Assembly (NCBI GenBank): GCA_020891255.1
Contig: BQFW01000009.1
Location: forward strand, 186,001-250,000
DNA: 64,000 bases
Reading direction: 5' to 3'
Source of the DNA: Entomortierella parvispora E1425
Lineage: Eukaryota > Fungi > Mortierellomycota
Part shown: one piece after another, positions 1 through 14,299 of the stretch
How the letters are laid out: each line of letters opens with the position of its first letter
Position numbering within the stretch: position 1 is the first letter of the stretch
Position numbers and translations under genes: made by a program
Notes under the pieces: generated by a model
What the model saw: only the letters and a program-made list of their open reading frames with translations
Database searches by the model: none
Told to the model about the DNA's origin: nothing

Positions 1-95
1 TGTGGTCGGGATTCTGCCATCGATTGGATAGCTTGAGTGGTAGGGGTAGGGGTAGCGGTAGGGGCAGCGGTAGGGGCATCACGCACCATCGTCAT
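1..95 (-). CDS. Possible 5' end of a gene running off the window (MTMVRDAPTAAPTATPTPTT...)
   Basis: ATG at 95 on the minus strand with an open frame to base 1; Pro/Thr low-complexity sequence only. Confidence 0.3.
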   Translation of the reverse strand, partial: MTMVRDAPTAAPTATPTPTTQAIQSMAESRP

Positions 96-371
96 TTTTG
101 ACTAAAGGTTTTTCTTTCTCTTTCTCTCTTTATCCTGCAGAAAGAACCTTCATTGGGATTCATGCTCTGTACGGTATACAAATTGGGGTAAATAAGTGCT
201 TTTTTTCTTCAAGAATTCTTGCTCTTACTGCCATAAACTTTGGGCCGGCAGACAGAGTATCTATTTTTCCTAAATTATAGCTTCTTAGTCCTGAAGGCCA
301 TCATCATAGTTTCTCCGGTAAAAAAAATTTATGATATATTTACAGCAGAAATCTAGGGCCATGGCCTAGGC

Positions 372-2288
372 TCAGTCTGAAAACTGTTCGATTTGATCTT
401 CTAGACGGGAGAGTCGAATAGTGGCCTCTGTGCCCGCGCCTGGGGTGGACGTGAATGTGAGATCTCCTCCAAAGAGTTTCGCATACAATTTTGAGGTGGC
501 CAACCCAAATCCAAAGCCGCACAGGGGGAGATTCTCGCCCAAGGCCGATTTCTGAGGCTTGGATTCCACTGCAGAGATGATTGAAGGGAAGTCGATGCAA
601 ACCGTGTTCGAGGCGGTGGTAAACAAGTAGTCGAACGGTTTGGAGATTTGTTCAGGGGACATCCCACCTCCGTGGTCCTTCACCTTGATGTTGAGATCCC
701 CAGAGGGGGTGGAAGATAATTGAATCAGAATATCTACAAAAAAAAAAAAAAAAAAAAAAAACGGGCCGAGACAATGAAGATTAGTATCCCAGGTCCACAA
801 AAAAGGGGTTATCAGACATGGAAAAAGACATTACCTGGGTACGAAGATTTGTCCAGGCCATGGAATTCCGCCGTGGCGCGCATGGAGTTCTTGAGCAACT
901 CGAACAAAATGTGATGCACGAGCGCTGGTACCACTGGAAAACGAATCTTTCGGCCACCTGCCTCCTTGGCATGCTCCACAACCACATTTGGAGGGAATAC
1001 GGTGTTGTAATGTTGAAAGAATACAAACTGAGCCGACTGGGTGGCATTGTTGATTAAAGCCTCGATATCGCAGTCTGGCTCGATAATGCCCACTCGCATC
1101 GAGTGAGCGCTGGTAGGTGTGGACAGATAAGATGAAGGCGAGAGAGATTCTTGAGTAGGGCTCTTGGAACCACTGTCATTTTTGGCTGATGATTGAGCGC
1201 GGTAAAGCTGATCCTGAAGCGCCAAGTGGTGGCCCACCATGATTCGGATACCCAGTCGCCCACAATTGAATGAGTTCAAAAAACTTTGGATCTTTTCAGA
1301 GGGTTTGCTTCTGTGATGCTGGTACCGTTTGAAAAGACTGATGCCATGAGCCATGTAGATCACATCTAGAAAAATTAGATTCAAGGGAAACAGATGTCAG
1401 ACCCTACTGCGAAATCGAGAGGCACGATAGCTCGCACACGCGCTTTGTCTGTACCTTGCTTGTGGCGGTTCGTAATAGCCTGTAGCAGCTCTGCAAACTC
1501 CTTTAGGGCCTCCTGTTCTAGGGATTCGTTGTCATCCAGATCCAGGTCCTCCCGATTGTGCATATTTGTTGACAGGAATCTGATCAAGTTTCGCACGCAT
1601 GTTAGTTGACCCATGCCTCAAAAAAACACCTCAAAATGAAACCGTCTGCCCCATCCAAGAAAAGGTTCTGGCCCCCTTTGGTTCCTTACCTGAGTCGGCT
1701 GTTGTCAGAGTAAGTCTGCAGTTCTTGGAACGAAAGCGAATAGTTCTTGACCAAATTCATGATTGGCTCCGTGGCCCGCAGCTCCCTCGGCAGATGATTC
1801 AACTCCACAATCCGTTTCGAGAACCGTACCGGCAGTTCTCTGTTGAGAAAATTCATATTCCTTCGAAGCGACATTGTACTGAGGGAGCGGCCTAGCTTTA
1901 AGCACTGGGAAATTGACAGCGGGGTCGGCGCTCGACTGGCGGCGAGATTTATCCGCTGCAGGTCGTCGGACGTTGAAGACGTTGCAGCGTCGCCCTCTAG
2001 ATCCTCGTCGTTGTCGCTTTCACTGTCCTGGTCGGAGTTGAGCTGCGTGAGGGACGCATTCACGGTTGAGAGCATGCGCGTTGGAAGCAAAGACGGTGAT
2101 GGCAGGATGCGCTGTTGAGATTGGCATGGACGGCATTGGATTCCATGTTGACTTGATGACCCAGAGGAACGGCATTGCCTTTGAACCTGACGAACTTGCC
2201 GGACTTGAGGAATGCGTCCTGGCCGTAGCAAGCGTGGAGCAAGCGAGCGAAAGAACGCAGGAGGTGGCGAAGGGAGAGAGGGAGGCAT
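372..2288 (-). CDS. Mitochondrial pyruvate dehydrogenase kinase / branched-chain alpha-ketoacid dehydrogenase kinase family protein (multi-exon)
   Basis: Arg/Ser-rich N-terminal presequence; FLNRELPVRFSKRI, ELLKNSMRAT, IKVKDHGGG, YLFTTA and GFGFGL motifs of the GHKL/PDK fold, spread over ORFs 1686-2474, 1381-1614, 812-1384 and 372-800. Confidence 0.9.
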
Positions 2289-2698
2289 GGTGGAGGAAAG
2301 GGAACAAAGGGCACTGTCCCAAGGTATGTATGTATGTATGTGCGTGTGAGTGTGGGCGAGAAGTGTGAGTAACCAAGAGTGAGTGTGCGGTGACGAGGTG
2401 TGAGGTGTGTGATGGCCGTGTGAGAATATGAAAGAGGGAACGAAACAGAGCCGCCCTTTCCCGCGCCTGTGCACGCCCGTCCTTCCTTCTCCACATCCTG
2501 ACTGGTGCTCTCTTCCGGGATGCTCCTACCTTCCTTCTCACCTCCTTCCTTCCCTCCGTCTCTCCTTCCTAGCCTTGCATTCCATCGCGCAGATCAGACG
2601 GGCGAGAGAATATCTTTTTTTTTTTAGGCCGCTGGGTCAATTAATGGAACCCTCACGATTTTTTCTTTATTCTTTCTTTTCCACTGCACCCCTTTTTT

Positions 2699-3619
2699 TT
2701 ACTTCTTGTTCTCAGCCTCCAGCAGGGCCTGCTCCGTGTTGACAAAGGTCCTGAAGGACTCGATCGTTCCCGAAATGTCCTGGGCCTTGAAGATCGACGT
2801 ACCGGCGACAATGACGTTCGCTCCAGCCTTAGCAGCCGCCTCAATGTTCTCCATGGCAATACCGCCATCGACCTCGATATCCAGGTTGGGGTATCTGGCG
2901 CGAAGCTCCTTCACCTTGGGCATGCACTCTGCCATAAACCGCTGTCCTCCGAAACCAGGCTCAACCGTCATGACCAAGCACATATCCATCTTGTCTCCCA
3001 ACTCCATGACAGTCGAGATGGGGGTCTTTGGCTTGACGGCCACACCAGCCTTCATTCCCGCGGCATGGATCTGATCAATCAATGCTGAGGCATCCTGAGT
3101 GGCCTCGATGTGGAAGCAGTACAAAGACGCACCAGCCTTTGCAAAGTCATCGACCCACTTCTCGGGGTGGGAGACCATCATGTGGCAGTCCAAGAAGGCG
3201 TTCAAGTGCTTGGTGAGGCATGAAATGACTGGGGCACCAATCGTGATGTTGGGGACGAAATGTCTGTGAAGGAGATTGAAAGGGCAGGGGGGAGATCAAA
3301 AAGTGGAGATGTCGAGGGGGTGCTGGTCGTTAGCAAGTGCGATTCTGATTCAAACACATTCCTTCGATCAGGTTTGTCTGCCCTTGCAATGTAGTGTAGC
3401 ATACCCATCCATGACATCTATGATTGGTTGATTGACATGTGCGCAGAGAGAGAGAAAAGATTAGATCCTGAATAGTACAGGCACAGTTAACAAAGATCTA
3501 GACACAAACGCACCCATGTGCAGCCAGTCGGCACCGTGGGAAACCATGCGCTTGCATTCAGCAGCGAGGATGCCAAAGTCTCCGGAGAGCAATGAGGGGG
3601 AGATCTTTGCAATGGGCAT
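2699..3619 (-). CDS. RPE1: Ribulose-phosphate 3-epimerase
   Basis: Spliced reading MPIAKISPSLLSGDF...WLHMDVMDGHFVPNITIG...DCHMMV...MTVEPGFGGQ...IEVDGG...VIVAGT. Confidence 0.95.
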
Positions 3620-3879
3620 GGTCGTCAATAAAGATAAAGAGAGAAAGGTGAAGGTGAGAGAAATGCATGCATGGCGTTGGTTGCTTGACCTGAAAAAAGA
3701 AGCGAGCGAAACGGTTGATTAAGGGTGTATGTCGACTCTCTTTCCCTCGAGTGTCTTTGCCTTCTGTCTCGTTTTTTTCATGTCCTCGGTGGCCGTGGGC
3801 GCAGTGTTTCCTTGTCCTTGTCCTCGTCCTCGTCCTTTCTTCTTCTTCTTCACCCGCATCCACTCATTCTCACTACACC

Positions 3880-6875
3880 ATGACTGACGTATGGACACTG
3901 CCTCACGCTGCACCCACGCCGTTATGTTGCGCTCCATTGCAGAAAGTCTCACGCGCATTGTTGATTTATTGATCCGTTTAGGAACAGGATCGTTGCTCTC
4001 TGTGTCCCGAGCAGATCAAGACGGGCGCCGCCATGACGTGGATCTGCTGCGATGTCTGCGAGACCTGGTACCATGTCCGGTGTCTCGGCATGAGTATCGA
4101 GGAGTTTGAGGTCATTGACCGTTACCATTGCCAGTCTTGCATTCCCTCAGCCGGTCCAAGCACATGTAAGACTTTGCCTTTTCAACTTTGTTTCTTTTTT
4201 TTTTTTTTTTTTTCTTTTGCGGTCTTGTGTCTAACATCGAAAAACAACAACAAAAAAATCGCTTTGCTTTGGTCGACTCTTTAGTGCTGCGTAAATCATC
4301 CCGGAAGCAAGGAAAGATCAACTATGCGGATCTGGTGAATGGAGTCGTCAGTCACCAGAGCAAGTGGCGTGTGCTGTTGGAGTCCAATCAGTTTCTGCCA
4401 GACAAATTTGAACGGATCGAGAAGGCCGAGGATTTAACACTGGACTGGCTTCGACAGACGGGATTCAAGGCGCCTATCATTGTCCCTTCTGGAGCATCGC
4501 GGTCGACCATCAAAGGAGAACACTCATCACGCAGCCCATCCTCCATGGAAGGACTCGATATGAAAATGCCACCGAGCTCCTTGACTGTCGACGATGTCCG
4601 AGATTTGGTGGGACCCGAGACGCCTGTGGAAGTGATGGATGTCGCCACTCAGTCGGAACTTCTGGATTGGAATATGCGGGACTGGGCAGACTATTTCAAA
4701 ACGGAACCCAAGGAGAGAGTCTACAATGTCATTAGTTTGGAGATCACAGGGACAGACTTGGCGAAACAAGTCCAGCGTCCAAGAATTGTCAGGTAGGTGT
4801 TGACTGGCTGTTGACTGCAGAACTGGATTTCTTGCCGCCTTCTGCGTATTAATCACTCTTGATACTTCCACGTCCTCTGTTTTTAGAGAGCTGGATTGGG
4901 TTCAAAACTTTTGGCCAGAGAGTCTTTCTCCTACAGAGTTCCCAAAAGTGCAGCTGTACTGCCTCATGAGTGTTAAAGAATCATTCACGGACTTGTAAGT
5001 TTGAGTAGTCTGTATGCTGTGGTCCTTTAATGTCTTAATATCCTCTCATGCATTCTACTTTTATATATACTCCTTAGTCACATCGACTTTGCTGGATCTT
5101 CGGTAAGATCTTGTTCAATGATGACCAACAATCAGTAATACATGAACATTGAAGAGTGGCAATGGACCTAATGCTATATGTGTCTCGGATAGGTCTTTTA
5201 CCATATCTTGTCTGGAGCAAAGACGTTTTATTTCGTGGAACCGACATCAACACATCTTCGAAAGTACGCCAAATGGTCCTCCTCTGCCGATCAATCAACA
5301 ACATTCTTTGGAGACGAAGTAGCGGGCAAGTGCTACAAAGTGGATTTGCAACAAGGGGACACCATGTTTATTCCAGCAGGCTGGATTCACGCCGTCTACA
5401 CTCCCCTCTCGTCCGTAGTGATTGGTGGCAATTTCATCCACTCGTTGCATGTGCCCATGCAGTACCGCGTGGCAACCATTGAGATTGAGACCAACGTCCC
5501 ACCAAAGTTCCGATTCCCATTCTTTGAAAAGTTGAACTGGTTTGTGGCACTGGGCTGCTGGGAGCGCGGTCACCCCTACCTTGCAACACTTTCGAACACG
5601 GAACTGTATGGGATCATGTCTGTGACGATGCATTTGTACACGCGTCAACAACAGTTGACAGGAGGGTCGTCCAAAACCGAATCACGAAAGTCAGCAATGG
5701 CAGCGGGTCCCGTTTCAAAGGAGGAAAGACACCTCATTCGAGCGTCTGTCCCCGCTGAGGTTGCTTCATTCGATCAAGGCGGGCCCCTAGGTTTGCTCCG
5801 CTTGTTGAATTCTGAGGTGAAGTCCATTCTTGAAAGCCGAGCAATGGAAAAAGTAAAACAGGGTGTCAGCAGTGACACTCTGGCTACGTTGCCCGACTCC
5901 TTGAAAAACTTGGTACTTCCTACGCCAGAGCAGGAAATGGCATCCAGAAGCAGCAGCAGAAGCAGCAACAGGAGGGATGGCACAGGGAGTGAGCAGGACA
6001 CGTCTGCGTCAGAGTCGACAGAACTTGCAAAGGAAACCACGCCAAAACTCAAGCTGAAGCTCAATTTGAAATCAAAAGCAATGGCGACAAAACAACCTTC
6101 GTCATCCGGTGATGAAGAAGGCGAGTCGAGTCATGGGGAGCAACAAGTCCCAGGGTCCACAACAAAGAAGATATTAGGCGGAGTCACCGCAATCACGGCA
6201 GAGGAAAAAGGTAGTGCCCCTTCCTTGACGCCCAAACCAAAATTGAAGTTGAAACTGTCGACGGTGATGCCTCCACAAAGTACACAGTCCTCCTCACAGA
6301 GTGCCAATAAGAGGACCCGGAGGGCATCTCAAAAGAAGAAAGCCGCTTTGGAGGATGAACGAGTAAGCGCGGCAGAGATGGACCAGCCCGAGGACTTGAC
6401 TTCGGACGATGAATGGGATGCGTTTGAAAGCCAGCTTGAAAACGATCTCGACAGCGCCGACAGCGATGACGGTGAACTGGAGCCTGGAACGTCGGATTCA
6501 GAATATGAAGGATCTGCACCCAAAAGAGCTTCGAGCAGCAGTGGCTCGAAAGCAAGGAAGAGACTTGGATCCTCTGCAGGTCAGGGAAGTACATCGATGA
6601 CGTACGCTTCAGAGAACCGAGTGAAAGTTGCACCCTCGGAGGTGTTCTTTGACGAAGACGATGACTTCCTGATGGACCAGGATGAATTACAGGAGACCAC
6701 CAAAAAACAAAAGGTAGACCCTGGTGCTCCAGCGACGAAAGAGATTCGCTCACTGGGCGGCCTTGCCGCTTCAACTCCTCTGTCCAGAGCACCATCATCA
6801 AATAGCAACAAAAAAAAGGTGAATGGCTCTACAGCCAAGGATCGGATCAAAAACTTGTTGATGAAGCGAAGATAA
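3880..6875 (+). CDS. JHD1: PHD finger + JmjC histone demethylase (JHD1/KDM2-like)
   Basis: C4HC3 PHD finger (CSLC...CCDVCETWYHVRC...CQSC); JmjC core [25 protein letters not shown]...FIPAGWIHAVYTP with the H-x-D...H iron triad; acidic/basic tail. Confidence 0.9.
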
Positions 6876-7036
6876 GAATATGAAATGACACGTCCTACTC
6901 CCACACCCATTGAGCCATGGAGCTCTGCATTGTACAAATAAATGAAAGGATTGCACATGACCTGAATTGTATTGAGTGACTCTTTGTTTGATCTAAAAGG
7001 TAGAGGTGCATAAATGTTCTCATTGTAGGTCCAGGG

Positions 7037-10000
7037 TCAAACAGGCGCTGCGACCTTAATCATAGTGTCCAAGACGAGGAAACTCTTCCTCAAGTAATCG
7101 CGGGTCAAAGCCCTCGTGAGTGTTGTGAAACATGCTGTCATGTTGCTGAGGTGTATCTCCCAGACGACGGTGATGCTGCTGCTGCTGCTGCTGCTGATGT
7201 TGCTGCTGTTGTGTATAGTACGGCTGCCACGATGGTGTTTGATCCTGTTGAGATTGTTGACGGTAGAGAAATGGTTGATCCGAGTATGCCCTTTGATGCT
7301 GCGTCTGGGGCTGAACGTTCTGCGTCGGCATGGTGTAGTGCTGGCGATGAGAGGTGGGCATATTAAACGGCATCTGAACATTAGTCGGCCCTTCGAAACG
7401 GAAAGGAGGCGATTGGAGCGCTTTTGGCGACGACATCATGCTGCGCGGTGGGCTGGAGCCGCCCTCGCTCCTCTCGTGCTCACGTTGTCCAGCAGCGTTT
7501 ACAGCACACATCCAGATCCGTGTCTTGTACATCTTGAAGAGATCACGGACCAACTCTCGGAAGTCAATTCGACTATCTGAGATAAAATAAAACGTCAATT
7601 TGCGACGATCCCTAGGTTGTCAAGAATGAGAAATAGACATAAGTAATGTGCATTTGGGAAATGAAATGCGTCTTAATTTTATCCTAAACGCCATGTTTAC
7701 CATTGATATTCAGCGTCGACCACCTCCATCTGCAGCTTTTTTTGCCTGACTTTGCTTTGACAAGTGATCAAGGCCTTATTCTCATCGTAGCTCTTGTTTA
7801 CGAGCTGGGCAATCTCTGAAGTATATGCCGTCCTGAAGATGCGCTTTGGATGAATTTCCTTAGGTAAGCGTTGTGTATTCTCCTGTTGTCCAGAGATGGC
7901 TGCCGCGGCAGCAGCCGCAGCATTGGCTGACTCTGCGTACTCCCGCGCCAACGCTTGAACCTGAGTCGGGGTGATCGAGTCGTTGGTGATTTTTCCAAGA
8001 TCTTTTCCTCGATCTGCTTCCACAATGACCAAATCCCCACGTTTCAGAGACAGTCCACTGTTATCGGCGACGTAGAACAGATCTTTGCGGCCAGCTTTGA
8101 ACTCTACTGCGTAGAGGGTGCCATGATGTGAGACTTGACTCAGCGTTAGTCCTTTACCAAGGTCACTGGTGTTTCGACGGTACTCCTCTAGGTCCAGAGG
8201 GTTCATGTGATGATCATTGTTCAACGTCATAGATTCGAGCGAAGCTTCCAAATGGCCGAGAGCAGAGGCTCCATGACGCGCGTATGATCCTGTAGGGACT
8301 GCCACAGAATGTCGTCTCTGAATCTGAGCCTGATCATTCTCTGGGGAGTATCTGCTATGAGGTCAAACAGGGGTAAGATTTAAAGGTTATCAGCATCCTT
8401 ATTGTAGTCACGTTAGCTCTTAATGCGGGGTTTTAACCCTACAACAACTACGAGACATAGAACTTACCTGCCACCATCCTGAAGCGTATGGCCACCAATT
8501 CCTTCTCCGAAAACTCCGAAGCGCTCACTGTCCAAAAGACGGTCGTAGTTCTGATGACCTGAACTGGGTGCAAGGGAGTAGCGTCGTAACACCCGTTGGC
8601 GTTCCATGGCCTCTTGCTCAGACGAGCTGTCTTGAAGATGCTGCAGGTACGCACCCGGCGTCTCCCAGATAGGAGAGATGTGACTTGAGGATGTGAAGGA
8701 TCTCTGGTGGTTTCGAGCCATAGAACCATAGGTTGGTTGAACTTCAGAGGGTGCAGTCCAGACTGCACCAGAGGTCATACTCCCATTTAGCCCTCGGTAT
8801 CTGTCCTGATTTGAAGTACCGTCCAGTGAGGAAGAGAACGACATTGTGGAGCGAATAAAGGGGTCTGTCGCCTCGGCATGCTCAAACGCAGAATCCAGCA
8901 GTCCACCATAGAGCGTGGATCCAAACGTCGCAGAAGTAGAGTGACTCCTCATTCGACTGACGCGTGGCTCAAAGGCATCCACCTCATGCATTGTTTGCAG
9001 GGGCATGCGGAAGCCAGAGACGCCGGTGACACCTACTGTTCCAGATGATGTTGCTGCAAAGTCCAGCCCATAGTCGTTGCTCCCACGGGAAGTTCCCCCT
9101 AGAGAAAAGTTGGTGTCGGGAGGATGGCTTAAAGAGGAGAATTGCTGCGTTGGGAAATGTCCTTGCGATGGCAGAGACCGCGGACCGTCTGAGCGCTCCC
9201 TGGCAGGAATGAAAGGCTCTGCATGGAGTACCGAAGACAGAGAGAAGAGGCCATTCTGCGGGTCTTCGTCTTCATAGAGACCCGCCGACATTCCCCCAAG
9301 TGAACTTCTACGCATTTGGTCTGCTTTCCCAATGGAGTCCTCGGCAACAACTCCGTTCCAAATAAACGACGACAAGCTCAAGGGCGAATCGAGTTCATTG
9401 CCGCTATTTCTAATGGTGCCACTTTGATCTGAAGAAACGGAGCCTTTGTTGTCCAAAGACCCACTAGACAAATTTCCGTTGGGATTCTTTGTGTTATTCA
9501 AGATTTGCAACACAGGCGCTCGCATGCCTTCTGTCAGGGTCCGGGAGGAAGAGGGTGAGGGTGTCGCTGGGGTTGCCTGCTGATCTTGAACAGGGACTAT
9601 GATGGAGAAGAAGAACAGGTTAACTAACGCTCCTTGTCTGAGTATGATACAGGATTCAAAATTGAAAATGGGGGCGTCGCCGGGAATTCGCACGGTCCAT
9701 ATATATGTTGGCAAGTGACCCTCTCCTGCTGTCTCTGGCTCTTTGCCCCCGGGCAAAAGGTCTGGGCAGACTGACAGTCGACACACCCGGGTGATGCCCA
9801 TGGTGTTGATGGTGATGATGATGATCTGCTCGAACCCTGTCCTCCTGCAGCCTCGCTGTCCGTTGGTTGACTGAACGCTGGCGTAGTTCGATGGCTCTCA
9901 CCTTTATTGTCAACGTTAACGCCCTTGGTCTGGCCGTGCTCGGGCGGTGAGAGAAGAGTCTGGCGTGGAGGACTTCCAACAACCTTCCAGCAGCCGTCGC

Positions 10001-10097
10001 TAGAATGAGTGGGTGGGGACATCGATGTCTTGATGGGCAGGGGCGAGACCAAGGCTGGAGGAGTAGCCAGACCTGATAGCTGCTGCTTGACTTCCAT
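7037..10097 (-). CDS. PSP1 C-terminal domain protein
   Basis: [11 protein letters not shown]...[26 protein letters not shown] and [32 protein letters not shown] are PSP1-family motifs; long disordered N-terminal region. Confidence 0.88.
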
Positions 10098-10519
10098 TGT
10101 TACTGCGAAGGTAGGCTCTCTCGCGCGCGTGGTGGTCGTGTGGAGGGTTTAGGCGGAGTATGTTAGCGAAAAAGAAAGGTCAAGTCCAGTTAATGAAGGA
10201 GGGGGAGTGAAGTCAATCAGGGGAGGGGGCTAATGAAGGAAAGAGTAGTAGGAAATGAAGAAAGGTCCAATGACAATGACGATGGAGAGAGAGAGAGGAA
10301 CAATTCAATGAAGACAAAGAGGAGGAAGCTAAAGAATGAGTAGCAGTCAGATAAGCTCTAACTGGCTTGGGTCGTGTGTGCGGTGACAAGCAAAGCGCCT
10401 GTTGGCTGGCTCGTGTTGCAGACAGACGGGCAGACAAAGACAAGAAAAGAGAAACAAGACACACAAGGAATGAGGAATGGAACTGATTGATGCTAACAAC
10501 AAAGAGATGAGCAAGAGTC

Positions 10520-10680
10520 GAGTCTAGGATGAGGATGAGGATGAGGACGAGGATGAGGATGAGATTGGCAACGACAACAACGATGAACATCGACGTCGTG
10601 TTTATCAGAGACGACAAACAGAGACAAACAGACTCTCACGCACGCACGCACGCACGCTTGCAAACACACACACAAACACA
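10520..10680. repeat. Microsatellite cluster (GATGAG)n, (ACGC)n, (AC)n upstream of the PSP1 gene
   Basis: Simple repeats visible directly in the sequence. Confidence 0.8.
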
Positions 10681-11022
10681 CCCGCCTGAACTGCATGCGC
10701 GCCCTCTCCTTTTGTCTCTGTGTGGTTCGCCGTGTCCCTCCCCTTTCCTGCTTTCCTGCTCGTCTGTCTGCAACGGATGGGGCAGGGGGTGGAGCGATGT
10801 TCATTTGGCGTGTGTCTGTGTCTGTCTCTGTGGATGTGGGTGAATGTGCCCTGTGCCCTGCCTTGGCTGTCTGTCTGCTTTTTTCTCACCTCTCTTGACT
10901 TCTTGTCCTTCCTCTCCCCCACAGTCGCACAGGGCAGTTTGCCTTGCACGGGACAGACGATCTTTCTGCTCTTTTTTTTATTGTCGTTTTTGTCAGAATG
11001 AAGTGTGGAGCAAACTCTTGCG

Positions 11023-13966
11023 TTAATACTTGTGCAACGACAGCCACTCTGCCAATCCCTGCTCCTCACGAGCAACCCAGGCAGAGTTCACATTCAAGCC
11101 CTCAATGGCCTGATCCAACGCACGCTGGAAGTCCTTCGTGTCCTTGTCCTTGAAGAACTCCTGCACCTCCTTGATCAAGCTGGCATCCGAGGCCTGGGCC
11201 AAAGGGTACTTCACACACGCTCCCAACAATCCCATCGACGACTTGTAACGGTCAGACAACAACTGCCAGTTGGCCTTGACCCACTCCCACGTGGGCAAAC
11301 GGGCCTTGGCGTTGGCAGAGAGACCTGCCAAAACGTAGAGAATATCCTGGGGACGGACAGATTCCGAGATGGCAAGGGCCTGCACCTCGGCAATCAACTC
11401 TGGCTGCTGAACTGCTCCCAAAGCCAAGAGGGCAACAATCTCCTGATCCTGCTTGGGTGCATTGTGGAAGTACTTGAGCACCTGGCGGAACTCGTCCTCG
11501 CCACCATGCGTGAGCACAATCTCAAACGCCGTCTGGCGGATCGAGGGATGCAAGATAGACTCCTGGTTCGCGTCAGACACAAAAATCGCGAAACGACGCT
11601 TCGCCTCGGCCACTGTAGCCTCATGTCCTGCACGTCCGGCACTTCGGAGAATAACGTTGCGAAGACGGCTAGTCAAGTAATCCTCGCCTTCTGGGAACTC
11701 CCAACCGAGCTTAGTTACCATCCTGTCGACCAAGTTACGCTGGAAATGCTTGATTCCCTCGTTCACACGCTGGTTTCCTGCAAAGATGGAAGCAATCTCT
11801 CCCACACGTCCGTTCAACAACTCCCAGACAACATAAGTCTCCTCGTTCTTGTAGTATTGAACCAAATCCAAGAAGTTGCTAGTGGGGCTGTGTCCGGATT
11901 TGGCCAGGGATGAAATATCGGCAACCAAACCAGCACGATCGCTCAAGCTCAACAAGTCTGAGCCATCCAGAATGGCCTTTCCAATGCGGGTAATGGCGCT
12001 GGCGGGATAGTTGGTTCGGAACACGCCGCTGTAGTCCTTGTTAAACAAGTAGGCGCCCTCGGGTGCCTCGAATTGGAGCGAACGCGACTTGAGCGTCTGG
12101 TTAGGGTCCACGATCGAAGCGGGCTTGGGGTGGACGCCCAAGGGAACCCACCACACGGTTTCGTCATCCTCAGCCTTGACATCGTTGGTAGAAAGGTAGC
12201 GGTGCTGCTCCACGGAGACAACACCGTCGGTCTCGGTCACGTTCAAAATTGGGAGACCGATAACACGAGTCCAGGTGTTCATAAACTCACGAACATCAAT
12301 CTTGGATTCTTCAGAAAGAGCATCCCAGAGGTCATTCGTGGTGGCGTTCTTGTACTGGTGCTTCTGGAGGTAACGGCGGATACCAGCCAAGAACACGTCG
12401 ACTGTCAACCAGGTCGACAACATGCGGATGACGGAAGCACCCTTGGAGTATGAGATAGCATCAAAGATCTGGTGAATCTCATGAGGATCGTTGACAGGTA
12501 CCTCAATGGGATGAGAACTGCGAAGGGAATCCAGAGCGATTCCGCGCTGCATATCGTTGACAAGGAAAGTGGGCCAAGTGTCCCACTTGGGGAAGAGATG
12601 GTCTACAGCCAAAGTTCCGACCCAGGTGGCGAAACCTTCGTTGAGCCACAAATGATCCCACCACTCCATAGTGACCAAGTTTCCAAACCACTGGTGAGCA
12701 AGTTCATGCGCGACAGTTGAGGCAACCTGCTCCTTGAACCTCAAATCCGACGTCTTCTCATCAAAGAGCAAGGCCACGGTGCGGTATGTGACCAGACCCC
12801 AGTTCTCCATAGCACCCATGTCGAAATCTGGGACTGCGATTTGATCCATCTTGGGGAGAGGATAGGCGGTTCCAAAGATCTCTGAGAAATATTCGAGAAT
12901 CTTCGGTGTGATCTCGACAGCGAAGCGGCCCTGCTCCTTAAGACCAGGAAGGGTATATACACGGCAGACGACAGGCTTTTCCAACTTTGTGGTAGTGCTT
13001 TCGACGTACTCAAAATCGCCCACAGCCCAGGCAACGAGCTAGTAGACGAAAACAATACCAGTACAGTTAACATCACCATATTAACAAAATAATGCCCAAC
13101 AAGTCCTTTTGCAATTCTAAGACTGAACATACGTATGTGGACATGATTGGTGTCGTCTCGAAGTGGACGGTCTTCTCCTCAGGCTCCACCTGAGTGATCT
13201 GGGAGACGGGCATGTTCGAGAGAGCCTCCAACTCTACAGGGACGACCAATTTGATGGCAAAGGTTGCCTTTGCTGCAGGCTCATCCCAGCAAGGGAAGGC
13301 ACAACGGGCGTCAGTGGCCTCGAACTGAGTGACACCCATGTACTTTGTGTTGCCTTCACTGTCCTTGTAAGAAGAGCGGTAGAATCCATGCATTTTGTCG
13401 TTCAAAATTCCGTCATAGTTGACGCTGAGAACGGCCTTTCCTTTGGGAAGCTCAGACTCGAATGTAAAGGTCGATGTTTCGCGGTGCTCATCGTAGGCAG
13501 TGTCGACAGCCTCGTGGCTAGTCGGATCAGGAAAAGGGTTTGAAACCAGTTAATTCACTGAGGTGATAGAATTCCTCGAGCAAAACAGTGCAACAGTGCC
13601 TGGGTACAGTTTGGACATCCCAGCTACATAATCCAACAAAAACTTACGTCTTGTCATCAATCTCGACGCGAGCCCACTTCAAGGTCATCTCTTTGGTGTT
13701 GACCTGGATAGTTTTTGTTGGCTCATGGATATCAACACTAAAAGAGACGGTAACGACGGGACGTTAGGTTAAGGGCGACAAGACGACAGGAACAGGAACA
13801 AGAGGCGGAAGGAAAGACCGTGTGCTACGTACTTGATCTCGACATAGCCTCTGAAGGTGAAGGCCTTCAGGTCAGGAGAAATAGTGACGGTATAGTGCGA
13901 AGGAGTGACGTTGCTGGGAAGGACCACGCGGTCGGGATTGGCCGAGGCACCAGATTTGTTGCACAT
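11023..13966 (-). CDS. M1 family alanyl/puromycin-sensitive aminopeptidase (APE2/AAP1-like), paralog 1
   Basis: RVVLPSNVTPSHY N-terminus, TQFEATDAR, GAMENWGL, HELAHQWFGN...LWLNEGFA (HEXXH-18-E) and an ERAP1-like C-terminal domain. Confidence 0.95.
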
Positions 13967-14299
13967 GGTGGATTTTTGGAAAGGGATGAGATGAAGAGAG
14001 AAGCAGGCAAGAGGAGAGAGAGGGAAAAGAAGATGGGATTGGTCAGGAGAAAAGAAATGAATGAAGGAATTGCTTCCAAAAGGGGCATGGATGGCCCCTC
14101 TAAAAAAAAGAAAGTGGCTTCCTGCTCACGTACGCCATCGACTCTCGCGCTCTCTGTTTTCCAATTTCCCACGACGCCCCCCATCGATCCTCCGATCTGT
14201 TGAGGGCACAATTTTTGCCACCAATTTTGAACCTTTTTTTTTGCTTTATTTGTTTGCTCACGCTGAGCAGACACTGCGGAACTACTACACATGCATGCA

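Noticed and set aside
10213-11075. Cluster of 60-156-aa ORFs on both strands
   Set aside because: They arise from microsatellite and low-complexity 5' UTR/promoter sequence
11005-11913. 302-aa plus-strand ORF
   Set aside because: Antisense shadow of the codon-biased aminopeptidase CDS; no independent motifs
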